Source: an uncultured Verrucomicrobiae bacterium (GTDB lineage Bacteria; Verrucomicrobiota; Verrucomicrobiia; Limisphaerales; Palsa-1400). Taken from it: DNA of 64,000 bases. The translations under genes and the position numbers were made by a program. Below the pieces are notes generated by a model, which saw nothing but the letters and a program-made list of their open reading frames with translations, searched no databases and was not told where the DNA came from. Where the stretch lies: the NCBI GenBank assembly GCA_963702845.1, contig OY969763.1, forward strand, positions 1,824,001 to 1,888,000, written 5' to 3'. How positions within the stretch are numbered: position 1 is the stretch's first letter; each line of letters opens with the position of its first letter. This document shows positions 8,838 to 19,381 of this stretch, one piece after another.

Positions 8838-10829
8838 TTGCACACCCAAGAGTTAATGCCGCCGTGCTGCTTTGATGAAACGCTCGAAGTGCCATGTCTT
8901 CCAACCGCGCTATTACAGACTCAACAAAAACTTTCGCAGACGGCCCAAAAACTTAAGCTGGCTATCGACGCCGCTGAGATGGGGACTTTCGAATGGAATC
9001 TTAATAACGACCACGTTGAATGGAATCCTTACCACTATCGGCTTTACGGTTACGAACCAGACGAACACCCGGTCAATTACAAATTCTGGCATAAACATGT
9101 TCTGGCGGAGGATGTGGACGGGGAATTGAAAGCATACGAAACAGCCAAAGCCAATAAGACACCATGGTCGAACGAATATCGTATCCGCCGAAAAGATGGT
9201 CAGATCCGATGGCTCTCGGTCCGCGGGCAATTTGTCTACAATGAAAACGGCGCGCCCGGTCGTGGTTATGGCGTTGTTTTCGACGTCACTGAAAAAAAAG
9301 AACAGGAAGAATCTTTGCGTCGTAGTGAATCCATTGCCCTTTCTCGCCTGGCTGAAATACAAACCCTATATTCTGCCTCGCCGGTCGGACTGGGGTTCGT
9401 CGACCGTTCGATGCGTTATGTCCGTGTCAACGACACGCTAGCGCGCGTCAACGGTGTCTCAACAAGCGAGCATGTCGGTCGAACGGTTGAGCAAGTCGTC
9501 GGCGCCGAAATTTGGAAAAGTATCAAACCGATCTACGACCGCGCCGTCAACGGCGAAACTATCCTGAACATGGCTGTTGAAGGCGCGCTCACTGCCGACC
9601 CGGAGCATTGGCGGCATTGGCTGGTGAGCTATTGTCCGGTTTGCACTGCTAACGGTCTGACGCTTGGCGTCGCTCTCGCCATTCAAGAAGTGACCGAACT
9701 GCGGAAAGCCCAGGAGGAATTGCGCCTGAGCGAAGCCCGGCTCAGGGCAGCTAAGACAGCAGCACGACTCGGCGTTTACGAGTGCGATCTTATCGCTAAT
9801 ACCACTCGATGGGACGAGAGAATGTGCGAGTTGTGGGGATTCGATCCCGATTTTGAAGTGACACCTGAAAAGGCGTTTGAATGCATTCATCCCGATGATG
9901 TCCAATTCGTCCGAAATGCGATGGAACGGGCGTTCGACCAGCCTGTCACAAAAAACTTTTCCGCCGAATATCGCGTGATAAGCGCGAAAGACAAGAAGGT
10001 GCGATGGATTTCTGCGAACGCCTTGCCCCTGTCAAAGGAAGGTAAGCGCCTTGTCGGTACCGTCCAGGATATCACCGAACGTAAAATGTTCGAAGCCGAG
10101 CTGGAACGTTCGGTTGCGGAACGCACGGCTTCGTTGCGTGAGGCCATGGCGCAGATGGAAGAGTTTTCGTATACGGTCTCTCACGATCTTCGCGCTCCGT
10201 TGCGCGCACTGAGAGTTTATGCAGACGTTCTTCTTGAGAATTTTGCCAAGGATTTGCCAGAGGAAGCGCGCGAATGTTTAAGCCGTATCGAAGTGAACGC
10301 CAATTCGCTCGATAAAATGGTGGTGGATGTCTTGACGTTCACGAAAGTTGCGCGAACAGAGATGAGAATGGAACGCATCGCCATGGACCAGTTGGTGCGC
10401 AAGATCGTCGAACAACATTTGGCGATGGCACATTCCAAGGTGACGATTCACGTCGAACCGTTGCCAGACGTTCTTGGACACGAGCCCTCACTGACGCAGG
10501 CGTTCTCGAATCTGTTGAGCAACGCGGTGAAATTCGTTGCGCCGGGCGTGGCTCCTTTTGTGCGCGTCTGGAGCGAACGCCATGGAGACAAGATTCGTTT
10601 TTGGGTCTGCGACAACGGCGTTGGCATCGCGCCAAAGTACCATCACCGTCTTTTCAGCATGTTCGAGCGGATTCATCCGGATTTGATCTACGAAGGAACG
10701 GGCGTAGGACTGGCCATCGTACGGAAAGCCGCTGAACGGATGGGGGGCAGAGTGGGTGTCGAATCCGACGGGACGCACGGCAGCAGATTTTGGATAGAAC
10801 TCCAAGCTCCGATTCCCGATGAAAACTGA
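8838..10829 (+). CDS. Multi-PAS sensor histidine kinase
   Basis: Three PAS/PAC units; H-box SHDLRAPL; N-box NLLSNAVKF; DNGVGI; GTGVGL. Confidence 0.95.
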   Translation: MHTQELMPPCCFDETLEVPCLPTALLQTQQKLSQTAQKLKLAIDAAEMGTFEWNLNNDHVEWNPYHYRLYGYEPDEHPVNYKFWHKHVLAEDVDGELKAYETAKANKTPWSNEYRIRRKDGQIRWLSVRGQFVYNENGAPGRGYGVVFDVTEKKEQEESLRRSESIALSRLAEIQTLYSASPVGLGFVDRSMRYVRVNDTLARVNGVSTSEHVGRTVEQVVGAEIWKSIKPIYDRAVNGETILNMAVEGALTADPEHWRHWLVSYCPVCTANGLTLGVALAIQEVTELRKAQEELRLSEARLRAAKTAARLGVYECDLIANTTRWDERMCELWGFDPDFEVTPEKAFECIHPDDVQFVRNAMERAFDQPVTKNFSAEYRVISAKDKKVRWISANALPLSKEGKRLVGTVQDITERKMFEAELERSVAERTASLREAMAQMEEFSYTVSHDLRAPLRALRVYADVLLENFAKDLPEEARECLSRIEVNANSLDKMVVDVLTFTKVARTEMRMERIAMDQLVRKIVEQHLAMAHSKVTIHVEPLPDVLGHEPSLTQAFSNLLSNAVKFVAPGVAPFVRVWSERHGDKIRFWVCDNGVGIAPKYHHRLFSMFERIHPDLIYEGTGVGLAIVRKAAERMGGRVGVESDGTHGSRFWIELQAPIPDEN

Positions 10830-11289
10830 ATTGAGCAACACAATATTGCTGGTCGAGGATAGCCGGGACGATGCTTACGCTTTTCGCTACGCTCTCAAGC
10901 GCAGCCGCATCATGAATCCGCTGCAAGTCCTCACCGATGGTCAGCAGGCTATCGACTATTTGTCAGGCGTGGGCCACTATGCTGATCGGAACGTCTACCC
11001 GCTTCCGTTCGTCATTTTTCTCGATTTAAAGTTGCCCTACGTTGACGGCTTTGACGCGCTTTCATGGATCCGCGCACAGCCTGAGCTCCGGTCGATCGCA
11101 GTCATCATGCTAAGCGGCTCAGCCGAAGATCGAGACCAGGATAGAGCACATGAACTCGGGGCTCGCCGCTACCTCGTGAAACCGCCAACGGCCGAAACGT
11201 TGCTTTCGGTTTTCGATTCACTCCTCAGCTTCCCGCACTCTAATCACTGGCTTCCGAAGAATACCGCTTCTCCCGCCGCTCGCGTTTAA
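10819..11289 (+). CDS. Single-domain response regulator
   Basis: ILLVEDS, FLDLKLP, YLVKP; overlaps the kinase stop. Confidence 0.93.
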   Translation: MKTELSNTILLVEDSRDDAYAFRYALKRSRIMNPLQVLTDGQQAIDYLSGVGHYADRNVYPLPFVIFLDLKLPYVDGFDALSWIRAQPELRSIAVIMLSGSAEDRDQDRAHELGARRYLVKPPTAETLLSVFDSLLSFPHSNHWLPKNTASPAARV

Positions 11290-11492
11290 CGCACCTTTCC
11301 GTTAAGACCATTCGGTAAAACACTTTATAGGCCAAAAGTGAAAACCGCATTAAATTCAGGGTGGTATCATTTTATTGCGGTATTGCGCGACGGTTGAAAA
11401 CGTTCCGGTGCTTGGTGTTTGGGATTTAGCTTTCCTCGTTACTTCCCTTGTTCTCTCGCCAATTCAACGTCATTCCGCTACCGTTCGAGCGG

Positions 11493-12113
11493 ATGAGTCT
11501 GGATACGGAAGCGCTTCTGATTGCCCGATGCCGACGCGGCGATGCCAAGGCATGGGACGAATTGTTTGATGCGCATTATGCTGCCACCGGTCGATTCGTG
11601 TTCCAACTCGCGCCCGATTTCACACACGAAGATGTTGAGGAAGTTTGCCAGGAGGTTTTTCTGGCGATCATTCACAATATCAAAACGTTCGAAGGCCACA
11701 GTCATTTGCAAACGTGGGTGTTCCGCATCGCCGCCAATAAAGCGCGCGATTATCGGCAACGTCAGCATGCCGCCAAACGCGGTGGCGGCATAGCGCCGCT
11801 GTCGTTGCAGGCGGAACATCCGGAAACAGGGCTGACGATTGACCCGCCCAGCACCGCGCTGGCTCCGGACGACTCGCTGATGACGGCGGAACGCGCAGGG
11901 CAGGTCGGCGACGCGCTTGAGGCTTTGGGCGGCCCGTGCCAGGAGATCATTGAGTTGCGTTATTTTGCCGATTTGAGCTATGAAGAAATTTCCACGGCAC
12001 TGAAACTGAATCCGAAAACGGTCAGCTCGCGCCTGAGTAAATGTTTGGATCGATTGGAAGAAGTGATGCGCGTTGTGATTTGTGGGAAGAAACCGAAGCC
12101 TTTTTCCGTCTAA
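11493..12113 (+). CDS. ECF (sigma-70) RNA polymerase sigma factor
   Basis: VEEVCQEVF, TWVFRIAANKARD, LSYEEIS..TVSSRLS. Confidence 0.92.
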   Translation: MSLDTEALLIARCRRGDAKAWDELFDAHYAATGRFVFQLAPDFTHEDVEEVCQEVFLAIIHNIKTFEGHSHLQTWVFRIAANKARDYRQRQHAAKRGGGIAPLSLQAEHPETGLTIDPPSTALAPDDSLMTAERAGQVGDALEALGGPCQEIIELRYFADLSYEEISTALKLNPKTVSSRLSKCLDRLEEVMRVVICGKKPKPFSV

Positions 12114-12118
12114 CTATT

Positions 12119-13456
12119 ATGCCGTCAGAGCCGCCAAACGAAAACATGGATAAGGTGCTGAAGGCGTATGCCAAGAAGCGACGGGAAGATGCGTCTCAAA
12201 TCGAGATGGATCTGGCCACTCGCAACATGCTCCAGTCGGAAGTGAAGCGGAGGCTGGGCGAAGTCCCTGTACCGGCGACGGCGCGTTCGCGTCCACGATT
12301 TGCATGGTGGCCGCAAATGATTATCGGCGTGGCTAGCGCGGCGGCTCTGGCAATTGCAGTGTTCTTTTGGAAATTGCCGTCGCGTAACGAAAGGACTGAT
12401 TCAAGTGTCGCGATGGAGAACAGGGCACCTGCTACTTTTGACACGACCATCCCTGCATCCAAGTCCAAGGCCGAATCCGAAGAGTTTAAGAAAAACGAAG
12501 CGCCGGTTGCGACGTTTAAGGACCAAGTTGCGCCGTCGTCGCCTGCGAAGGAGCTGAGCCGAAGCGACGATTTGGCGAAACAAGCTGAACCGCACCGTCG
12601 CGAGTCGGACACTCTTAAGGTGGGCGACGTTCCGGTGGTAACGAATAGTATCGTGGCGAGTGCGGCACCGTCCGCGCCGACGACAATTCCAGCTCCAGCT
12701 ATCGCGTCAGCCGCACCAGTCGAAGCGCCGTTAGCTAAATCCGTAGTAGCCGACGCCGCGCCCGCGACTCCTGTGCCACCAGCTGCCGCGCCAATCGGAT
12801 CAATCGCTGCGTCGACTGAGGCCCCGAAACTCGCAACGCGAAATATTGCGAAAAGCGAATCTATGTATTTTGATCGCAAGACCGACGCGATCCAACAGAA
12901 ACAATCCCAACGGCAACGCATGCAGTTTTCTCAGGTTGATAACAGGGCGCAATATCGAGCGAATCTGAACTCGCCGCCGTTGCCGAAGGTGCTGACGAAT
13001 TTTGCACTCGATCGCACCGGCAGCAATGTGTTGGTAGTCGATGCGGATGGTTCGACTTATTCCGGCAATGTTCTTCCCGCGATGGCAGGTTATGGCGGCC
13101 AGCTCGGCATCGCCAATGGAACCGGCAAATCAGCATCAACTGCGGCGGCTGTAGGTGGCGAGGCGATACCGGATGACAACTTCGCTTTTAAGGTGAGTGG
13201 GTATAACAAAAAGCTGCGGGCGAAAGTTATTTTCAGCGGCTCCGTTATCAACGGTGCGCAAAATGGAATCGTTGCCGGTGGCGCAATCCCGCAAACGCAA
13301 TCTGGTGCTCAAAACCAAACCAGTAACACGCCGCAACAATCGCCGGCTCAGAATGCGCAGAACGCCCAGAACGTGATGCTGAATGGTCGTGTGCAAGTCG
13401 GCAAGACGACGGAATTTCAAATCCAGGCGGCTCCGGCAGCTGCCTCGACGAAGTAA
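12119..13456 (+). CDS. Single-pass membrane protein, putative anti-sigma factor
   Basis: Directly after the ECF gene; N-terminal cytoplasmic part, one TM helix, Ala/Pro-rich linker. Confidence 0.6.
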   Translation: MPSEPPNENMDKVLKAYAKKRREDASQIEMDLATRNMLQSEVKRRLGEVPVPATARSRPRFAWWPQMIIGVASAAALAIAVFFWKLPSRNERTDSSVAMENRAPATFDTTIPASKSKAESEEFKKNEAPVATFKDQVAPSSPAKELSRSDDLAKQAEPHRRESDTLKVGDVPVVTNSIVASAAPSAPTTIPAPAIASAAPVEAPLAKSVVADAAPATPVPPAAAPIGSIAASTEAPKLATRNIAKSESMYFDRKTDAIQQKQSQRQRMQFSQVDNRAQYRANLNSPPLPKVLTNFALDRTGSNVLVVDADGSTYSGNVLPAMAGYGGQLGIANGTGKSASTAAAVGGEAIPDDNFAFKVSGYNKKLRAKVIFSGSVINGAQNGIVAGGAIPQTQSGAQNQTSNTPQQSPAQNAQNAQNVMLNGRVQVGKTTEFQIQAAPAAASTK

Positions 13457-13500
13457 CAAAAAGATTGCCTGCACTGGCAAACGAGCGAGAAATTACTGTA

Positions 13501-14202
13501 ATGGCATTGCTCTTCAGGAGACCAAAACGTTTTCGCTACGAGTACGATCTGCTCCAGCAGGGCACGACGTTGATCGCCGGCGTTGACGAAGCCGGGCGCG
13601 GTCCGCTGGCTGGCCCGGTCTTTGCCGCTGCTGTCATTTTCCCGCAGGAGTGGATTGCCGATCATCTGCCGAAGCCGTTGCGCAAAATCAACGACTCGAA
13701 ACAACTCACTCACGAGGCGCGTGAAATGTTTTTTACCGAACTGACTTCGCGGCCCGAAGTGCGCTACGGTATCGCGCAAGTGGATGTTGCGTTGATTGAT
13801 CAGATCAACATTCTGCAAGCGAGCCATCGCGCGATGAATCTCGCTCTCGCGCAATTGAACCCGGCGCCGCAGCACGTGCTGGTTGACGGCCTGCGCGTGA
13901 ACTCGATGCAGTTCCCGCACACACCGATTGTGTCCGGCGATGCACTGAGTTATTCGATTGCCGCCGCCAGCATTCTTGCGAAGGTGAGTCGCGATCGGTT
14001 GATGGTCCAATTCGACGCGCAGTATCCGGGATACGGTTTCGCCGCTCACAAAGGTTACGCGACGCCCGACCATTACGCGGCCATCAAAGAACGCGGTGCG
14101 TGCCCGATCCACCGCCAAAGCTTTGCGCCGTTTCGGCCTGTGCAGGTGGAGATGCTTGTCGATCCGAATGCGCCAGCCGCAAGGGTAGCGCCTCAGGCAT
14201 AA
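13501..14202 (+). CDS. rnhB: Ribonuclease HII
   Basis: AGVDEAGRGPLAGPV, DSKQL, SIAAASILAKVSRD, HKGY. Confidence 0.97.
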   Translation: MALLFRRPKRFRYEYDLLQQGTTLIAGVDEAGRGPLAGPVFAAAVIFPQEWIADHLPKPLRKINDSKQLTHEAREMFFTELTSRPEVRYGIAQVDVALIDQINILQASHRAMNLALAQLNPAPQHVLVDGLRVNSMQFPHTPIVSGDALSYSIAAASILAKVSRDRLMVQFDAQYPGYGFAAHKGYATPDHYAAIKERGACPIHRQSFAPFRPVQVEMLVDPNAPAARVAPQA

Positions 14203-14204
14203 AC

Positions 14205-14630
14205 ATGAGCTTCCTCGCTCGATTAACATTCTGGCGTCGAGAAGAGATCCATTTGAACTTGCGCCATGGCAGGTTGGGCGAAAATGCCGCGAAGAAATAT
14301 CTCGGTAAAAATGGCCTAAAATTTCTTACTGCCAATTTCAAATCCAAACGCGGCGAAATCGATTTGGTGTTTCGCGATGCCGACTGCCTTGTGTTTGTTG
14401 AAGTGAAAACGCGCTCGTCGGAAGATTGGACTCGGCCAGCAGCGGCTGTTGATTTTGATAAGCAACGGAAGTTGTCCTTGTGCGGACTCGATTACCTGCG
14501 GCTCTTGCGGAACCCGCAGATCAAATTTCGGTTCGATATCGTTGAGGTATTGTTGGCCGATGGCGTTGTCTCCGAAATTCGCCATTTGCCAAACACCTTC
14601 ACGCTCGCTCAGCCGCTGCGTTGGGGATGA
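14205..14630 (+). CDS. yraN: YraN family endonuclease-like protein
   Basis: GENAA, GEIDLV, FVEVKTR, RFDIVEV; follows rnhB. Confidence 0.93.
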   Translation: MSFLARLTFWRREEIHLNLRHGRLGENAAKKYLGKNGLKFLTANFKSKRGEIDLVFRDADCLVFVEVKTRSSEDWTRPAAAVDFDKQRKLSLCGLDYLRLLRNPQIKFRFDIVEVLLADGVVSEIRHLPNTFTLAQPLRWG

Positions 14631-15491
14631 TTATTTCAGCGACGCGAATTGCGGGTGTTTGATGAGCTTCTCCCAACTCGCATGCGTCAGTGGCACCTGG
14701 CGGTAAACGCCATCCCACATCGGCTCGGCACTTCCAGAGATGCGCGCGCGGCGAAGCCAATCAAGCCCGAGTGGTTCGGTGAGCAACGAGAGCGTGTTCG
14801 CGGCAATTGTTGTTTCTTCCTTTTCGCCAGTCGCATGTCCGGCACCGACGTAGAACCCGGCAAGGAGCAGGGTGACTCGCAGCATCGTGCTGCGCGAATA
14901 GGTTGGCACGGCGCAGGGTTGCTTGGGATTCAATAATCCGAACACATTCGAAAACACTTGTGGCGACCACATCGTCGGATTCTTTGCGAGTGAGAAAGGA
15001 TCGTAGAGGATCGCATCGGGTGTCGACGTGCTTCTTGTCTTTGCCTCGTTAGTCAGCCACAGCGGAAAATCAGCGACACGCAGCTCCCAGTGAATCGATT
15101 GCTTGCCGTTTAAAAACTGAGTTTGTCCATTGGCCAGCAAATCGCGAATAGGCTCTTCATAACCGGCGACATATCCCAGTTCGCGCGCGTGCTGCACCGC
15201 AAAGTTCAGAGGCTCGATTGTTCGATCGAAGCTGATGACGCGCAGTGAGCAGTTGATGTTAGCTGTTGCGGTGAACACCGTCAGAACATTTGCCGCCGAC
15301 CCGAGTCCCACGTCCCAAATGACGAATTCCCGTCCATGCGCTGCGATGCGATCCGGCAAGTGCAATTGGCGCACATAGAGAGCTTGTGCTTCGGCTGCGG
15401 GGCCGATTACGGGATGAAAAGTTTCATCCTCTGCAATCGCATGCACGCTGAAGGTGCCGTTCGCTAGTTGGACCAATTCGTAATCGCTCAC
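14631..15491 (-). CDS. MnmC/MnmD-like SAM-dependent methyltransferase
   Basis: ETFHPVIG, WDVGLGSAAN, YDPFS...NPTMWS, TYS. Confidence 0.75.
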   Translation of the reverse strand: MSDYELVQLANGTFSVHAIAEDETFHPVIGPAAEAQALYVRQLHLPDRIAAHGREFVIWDVGLGSAANVLTVFTATANINCSLRVISFDRTIEPLNFAVQHARELGYVAGYEEPIRDLLANGQTQFLNGKQSIHWELRVADFPLWLTNEAKTRSTSTPDAILYDPFSLAKNPTMWSPQVFSNVFGLLNPKQPCAVPTYSRSTMLRVTLLLAGFYVGAGHATGEKEETTIAANTLSLLTEPLGLDWLRRARISGSAEPMWDGVYRQVPLTHASWEKLIKHPQFASLK

Positions 15492-15561
15492 CGAGTCAGT
15501 CTAATGAAGGCAGAGATTTTTTACTTCTTAATTCTGCCGAGTTCGTCCTTAATTCGTGGCC

Positions 15562-16041
15562 ATGGATCCTTTGCTCAAGCTCCTGCACGAAAACGCGGCG
15601 CTCAAACCGGCGCAGCTTTCGAAAATGCTCAACGTCACTGAAGCGGACGTCGCCGCGAAAATTAAGGCTTACGAGGACGACAAAGTTATCCTCGGTTATC
15701 GCGCGGTGTTGAATGAAGAAAAGACGGGTGACGAGATCGTTCGCGCCGTTATCGAAGTAAAAATCACGCCAGAGCGGGGCGGGGGATTCGATCGGTTGGC
15801 CGAGCGCATCGCCAAATACAGCGAGGTCCACTCCTGCTACTTGATGTCTGGCGGATATGATTTGCTCGTGATCATCGAAGGGCGAAACCTGCGCGAAGTC
15901 GCAACGTTCGTTTCCGAAAAGCTCGCCACGGTGCAGGGCGTCATTTCTACGGCCACCCATTTCATGCTCAAGACCTACAAAGAGCAGGGCGTGCTCATGA
16001 ACGGTGAGCAGAATGAAGAGCGGTTGGCTGTGTCGCCGTAA
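15562..16041 (+). CDS. Lrp/AsnC family transcriptional regulator
   Basis: N-terminal HTH, ILGYRAV, YLMSGGYDL, TATHFMLK. Confidence 0.92.
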   Translation: MDPLLKLLHENAALKPAQLSKMLNVTEADVAAKIKAYEDDKVILGYRAVLNEEKTGDEIVRAVIEVKITPERGGGFDRLAERIAKYSEVHSCYLMSGGYDLLVIIEGRNLREVATFVSEKLATVQGVISTATHFMLKTYKEQGVLMNGEQNEERLAVSP

Positions 16042-16083
16042 GGTTACGGCGAAATACCTAGAACTCTGGCAATGTTGACGCCT

Positions 16084-16169
16084 GCCGATTTGGAAATCGG
16101 CGATACGGGAGATTTGAACAAATTATTTTGATGTTCGCTCCCGCGAACCGGTTTGGAAACCTGCGATAC
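16084..16169. repeat. REP-like palindromic pair between convergent genes
   Basis: GCCGATTTGGAAATCGGCGATAC and CCGGTTTGGAAACCTGCGATAC; related GCCGGTTAGAAACCGGC near 51324. Confidence 0.65.
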
Positions 16170-16172
16170 GGT

Positions 16173-17264
16173 TTACAGCACCTTCATCGCATTATCGAGC
16201 GCGGCGTAGAGTTCGCGCATGGTGGCTTCGGTTTCGTCGCCCATGTTCGAAATTCGGAAGGTCGTGCCTTTGATTTTTCCGTAGCCGCCGTCGATGAGGA
16301 AGCCTTGATCTTTTACCAGCTTCTGGAGTTTGGCGACGTCGATAGTCTTGCTGTTGCCGGGCTTTGCGCCGTTATTCACGCAGGTAAGCGTCACGGATTC
16401 GTAGCCTTTTTCAGGGAAGAAGTTGAAGCCGTGTCCGGTCGCCCAATCGCGTGTCATTTGCGAGAGCTTCTTGTGACGGGCAAAGCGCGCGTCCAAACCT
16501 TCGGTGAAAAAGTCTTCGAGCTTTGAGGCAAGAGCGTAAATGTGGCCAATGCTCGGAGTGCTCGGCGTCATGCTTTGTTCGGCGTTTTTCTGGAACTCGA
16601 CAAAGTCGAAATAGTAACCGCGATCTTTGGTTTGCGCGGCTTTTGCCAAAGCGGCGGGCGAGCAGACGAACACGGCGAGGCCGGGCGGCATTGCAAAGGC
16701 CTTTTGCGTTCCGGCCAACAGCACGTCGATGCCGAGTCCGTCGAAATCAATCTTCACGGCGCTCATTGAACTGACGGCGTCGACGATGAACATCACGTCG
16801 GGATATTTCTTTTTGAGCGCGGCGATCTCTTCCAACGGGCTCATCACGCCAGTGGATGTTTCGTTATGGATGAGAGTGAGCGCGTCGAACTGACCGGTGG
16901 CGAGTTTGGCATCGATCTGTTCGGCGCGGATGGGCGAACCCCACGGCACCTGGAGCGCATCGGCTTCTTTGCCACACTTCTTGGACACGTCAAACCACTT
17001 GTCGGAAAACGCGCCGCACATGCAGTTGAGCACTTTTTTGTGCACGACATTGCGAATCGCGCCTTCCATCACGCCCCAGGCGGACGAGGTGCTCAGATAC
17101 ACGAGTTGCTTCGTGTAGAGCAGTTGCTGCAATTGCGGTTGAATCTTCGCGTAAAGGTCTTTGAAGCCTTGACCACGGTGGCCGATCATGGGCGAGCAAA
17201 AGGCTTTGAAAGTTTTAGGGCTGACTTCGACCGGACCTGGAATATGCAATTTGGCGTGTGGCAT
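16173..17264 (-). CDS. Class V aminotransferase (alanine-glyoxylate/serine-pyruvate family)
   Basis: HIPGPV, HNETSTGV, VDAVSS, GTQKAFAMPPG. Confidence 0.93.
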   Translation of the reverse strand: MPHAKLHIPGPVEVSPKTFKAFCSPMIGHRGQGFKDLYAKIQPQLQQLLYTKQLVYLSTSSAWGVMEGAIRNVVHKKVLNCMCGAFSDKWFDVSKKCGKEADALQVPWGSPIRAEQIDAKLATGQFDALTLIHNETSTGVMSPLEEIAALKKKYPDVMFIVDAVSSMSAVKIDFDGLGIDVLLAGTQKAFAMPPGLAVFVCSPAALAKAAQTKDRGYYFDFVEFQKNAEQSMTPSTPSIGHIYALASKLEDFFTEGLDARFARHKKLSQMTRDWATGHGFNFFPEKGYESVTLTCVNNGAKPGNSKTIDVAKLQKLVKDQGFLIDGGYGKIKGTTFRISNMGDETEATMRELYAALDNAMKVL

Positions 17265-17278
17265 AAAAAGTTTAACGC

Positions 17279-19273
17279 ATGGTTAATTGCGCTCGTGAAA
17301 TTTTTCACAAGCGGCGAAACAACGCAAGCAGTTTGAGCATGATTGCTGCTTATGTTGACATTTCTTACGCTTTTTGCGGTAACATGACCTCAATAGTGAA
17401 AATCAGAATCCTGCGGGCCAAGACCATGGCAGCAATGACTTTGCTGACGTTTGCAAGTCTCGGCCACTTCGAAGTTTGCGCGTCTACGAACGTCGCCGTC
17501 ATCACGGTTTCTGGACAACCTTTGTCCAACGGAAGAATCGATCCGAAGCTGTTTGGTAATTTTGTGGAATTGCTGGAGGACGTGGTGCCAGGGATGTGGG
17601 CTGAAATGTTGATTGGTCGCTCGTTCGAAGGGGTCACACCCGCTGCTGATTGGTGCTATTACGATGGACGGCCAACAATTTGCGACCGTGTCTGGGAAAC
17701 GAATTCGACGTGGCGCTATGATGTTACCAACGCATTTAACGGTGATCGATGCGCAGAACTATTGCCCCAGCGGTCGCGCATCGCGACGCTCAGGCAAACT
17801 GGTCTGACGGTCAAGCGCGGGATGTCGTACGATTTTTCGGGATATTTCCGGACAGACAACCCGAAGCTCAAAGTTACGGTTAATTTGCGCGCACCACTTC
17901 CGGACGGAAATTGGTTCACGTTGGCGTCCGCTAAGTTTTCGAAACTATCAGATTCGTGGGAAGCTCGGCTGTGTTCATTGGATTCGGTCGGCGAATCCGA
18001 ACGTGCTGTTTTTGAAATTCGCGCTGAAGGGGAAGGGCATGTATGGCTGGACAAAGTTTCGTTGATGTCTGGCGACAACGAATTTGGCTGGCGTGCTGAT
18101 GTGGTGAAGGCGATCAAGGAAATGAAGTCGGGGATTATTCGCTGGGGTGGTTCGGTCGTCGATCCCGGCGGCTACAAATGGAAGAACGGCATTGGTAATC
18201 GCGATCTGCGCACGCCGTTTTTGAATCATGTCTGGGGTCGAATTGATTCGAACGATGTTGGAATCGATGAGTTCTGCCGGTTTTGTCAATTGGTCGGCGC
18301 CGAGCCGCTGATTTGCGTCAGTTTTGCCGACGGAGCGCGCAGCGCGGGTGAGTTAGTCGAATATTGCAATGGAAGCAGCAAAACGCTTTGGGGCGCGAAA
18401 CGTGCGCACAATGGTTTCTTAGCGCCGCATCATGTGAAGTATTGGCAAATTGGAAATGAGATCAGCGGTGACGATCCGCAGTATCTGGCGCAAATTCCCG
18501 ACTTCATCGCCGCCATTCACAAGGCGAGTCCAACAGCTCAAATTATTTCGTCATTTCCCTCAAAGAAGCTATTGGAACGTGCCGGTAGAGATCTGGCGTT
18601 TGTTAGTCCGCATCAATACACCACCGATTTCGCTGCGTGCGAACGCGAGTTCAACAATTTGTCTGAGCTGTTCACCAACACTGCCGAATGTGAAGACGTC
18701 GGTGTGGCCGTCACCGAATGGAATATCAGCGCTGGTGATTGGGGAATCGGGCGCGCGAAACAGATGACATTGCAAGCGGCGCTATTGAACGCGCGTTACT
18801 TGCATGTGCTGATGCGGCATTGCGACAAAGTGAAAATTGCCTGCCGCTCGAATCTCGCTAACAGTTTTTGTGGCGCCACGATTGAGACGAGCCCGGGCGG
18901 CGTGCTGAAGCGGCCGAGCTATTATACAATGCAGCTTTATGCAGCCCACACGTTGCCGCTGCCATTGCAGAGCTCGGCTTCAGTTGAGGGTTTGGACGTC
19001 TTCGCTTGCGCGACCGAACGACACGATGCGGTAACGGTCTTTGTTGTAAATTCCAATACTGATCCGGTGACTTGCACGCTCAATTTCGAGCGGTTTGCGC
19101 AACCTGTCCAAACCGAATCGATTGTAACACTGACCGACCAGCAAGGGGCGCGCGAACCGGATGTTATGAATCACTGGGACGTTCCCGATCGCGTTTCGCC
19201 GAAGGCGCTGTCGCTGATCGGCAATCACGTGATGTTCGCACCGCTCTCAGTGAATGTCATTAGATGTCGTTGA
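17279..19273 (+). CDS. GH51 alpha-L-arabinofuranosidase-like with CBM-like insert (true start probably ~17384-17426)
   Basis: FGNFVE, IRWGG, WQIGNE (acid/base), VTEWN (nucleophile). Confidence 0.85.
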   Translation: MVNCAREIFHKRRNNASSLSMIAAYVDISYAFCGNMTSIVKIRILRAKTMAAMTLLTFASLGHFEVCASTNVAVITVSGQPLSNGRIDPKLFGNFVELLEDVVPGMWAEMLIGRSFEGVTPAADWCYYDGRPTICDRVWETNSTWRYDVTNAFNGDRCAELLPQRSRIATLRQTGLTVKRGMSYDFSGYFRTDNPKLKVTVNLRAPLPDGNWFTLASAKFSKLSDSWEARLCSLDSVGESERAVFEIRAEGEGHVWLDKVSLMSGDNEFGWRADVVKAIKEMKSGIIRWGGSVVDPGGYKWKNGIGNRDLRTPFLNHVWGRIDSNDVGIDEFCRFCQLVGAEPLICVSFADGARSAGELVEYCNGSSKTLWGAKRAHNGFLAPHHVKYWQIGNEISGDDPQYLAQIPDFIAAIHKASPTAQIISSFPSKKLLERAGRDLAFVSPHQYTTDFAACEREFNNLSELFTNTAECEDVGVAVTEWNISAGDWGIGRAKQMTLQAALLNARYLHVLMRHCDKVKIACRSNLANSFCGATIETSPGGVLKRPSYYTMQLYAAHTLPLPLQSSASVEGLDVFACATERHDAVTVFVVNSNTDPVTCTLNFERFAQPVQTESIVTLTDQQGAREPDVMNHWDVPDRVSPKALSLIGNHVMFAPLSVNVIRCR

Positions 19274-19381
19274 GGTGGTTGCGTCAGTGGGAAGTCTGAG
19301 GAAAACGTAAATCCCGCAGTGATGGATTGTCCGAGGACGGTCTGCGCTTTGTTTACTCTCGTGGGATGTGATGTGCCCTGA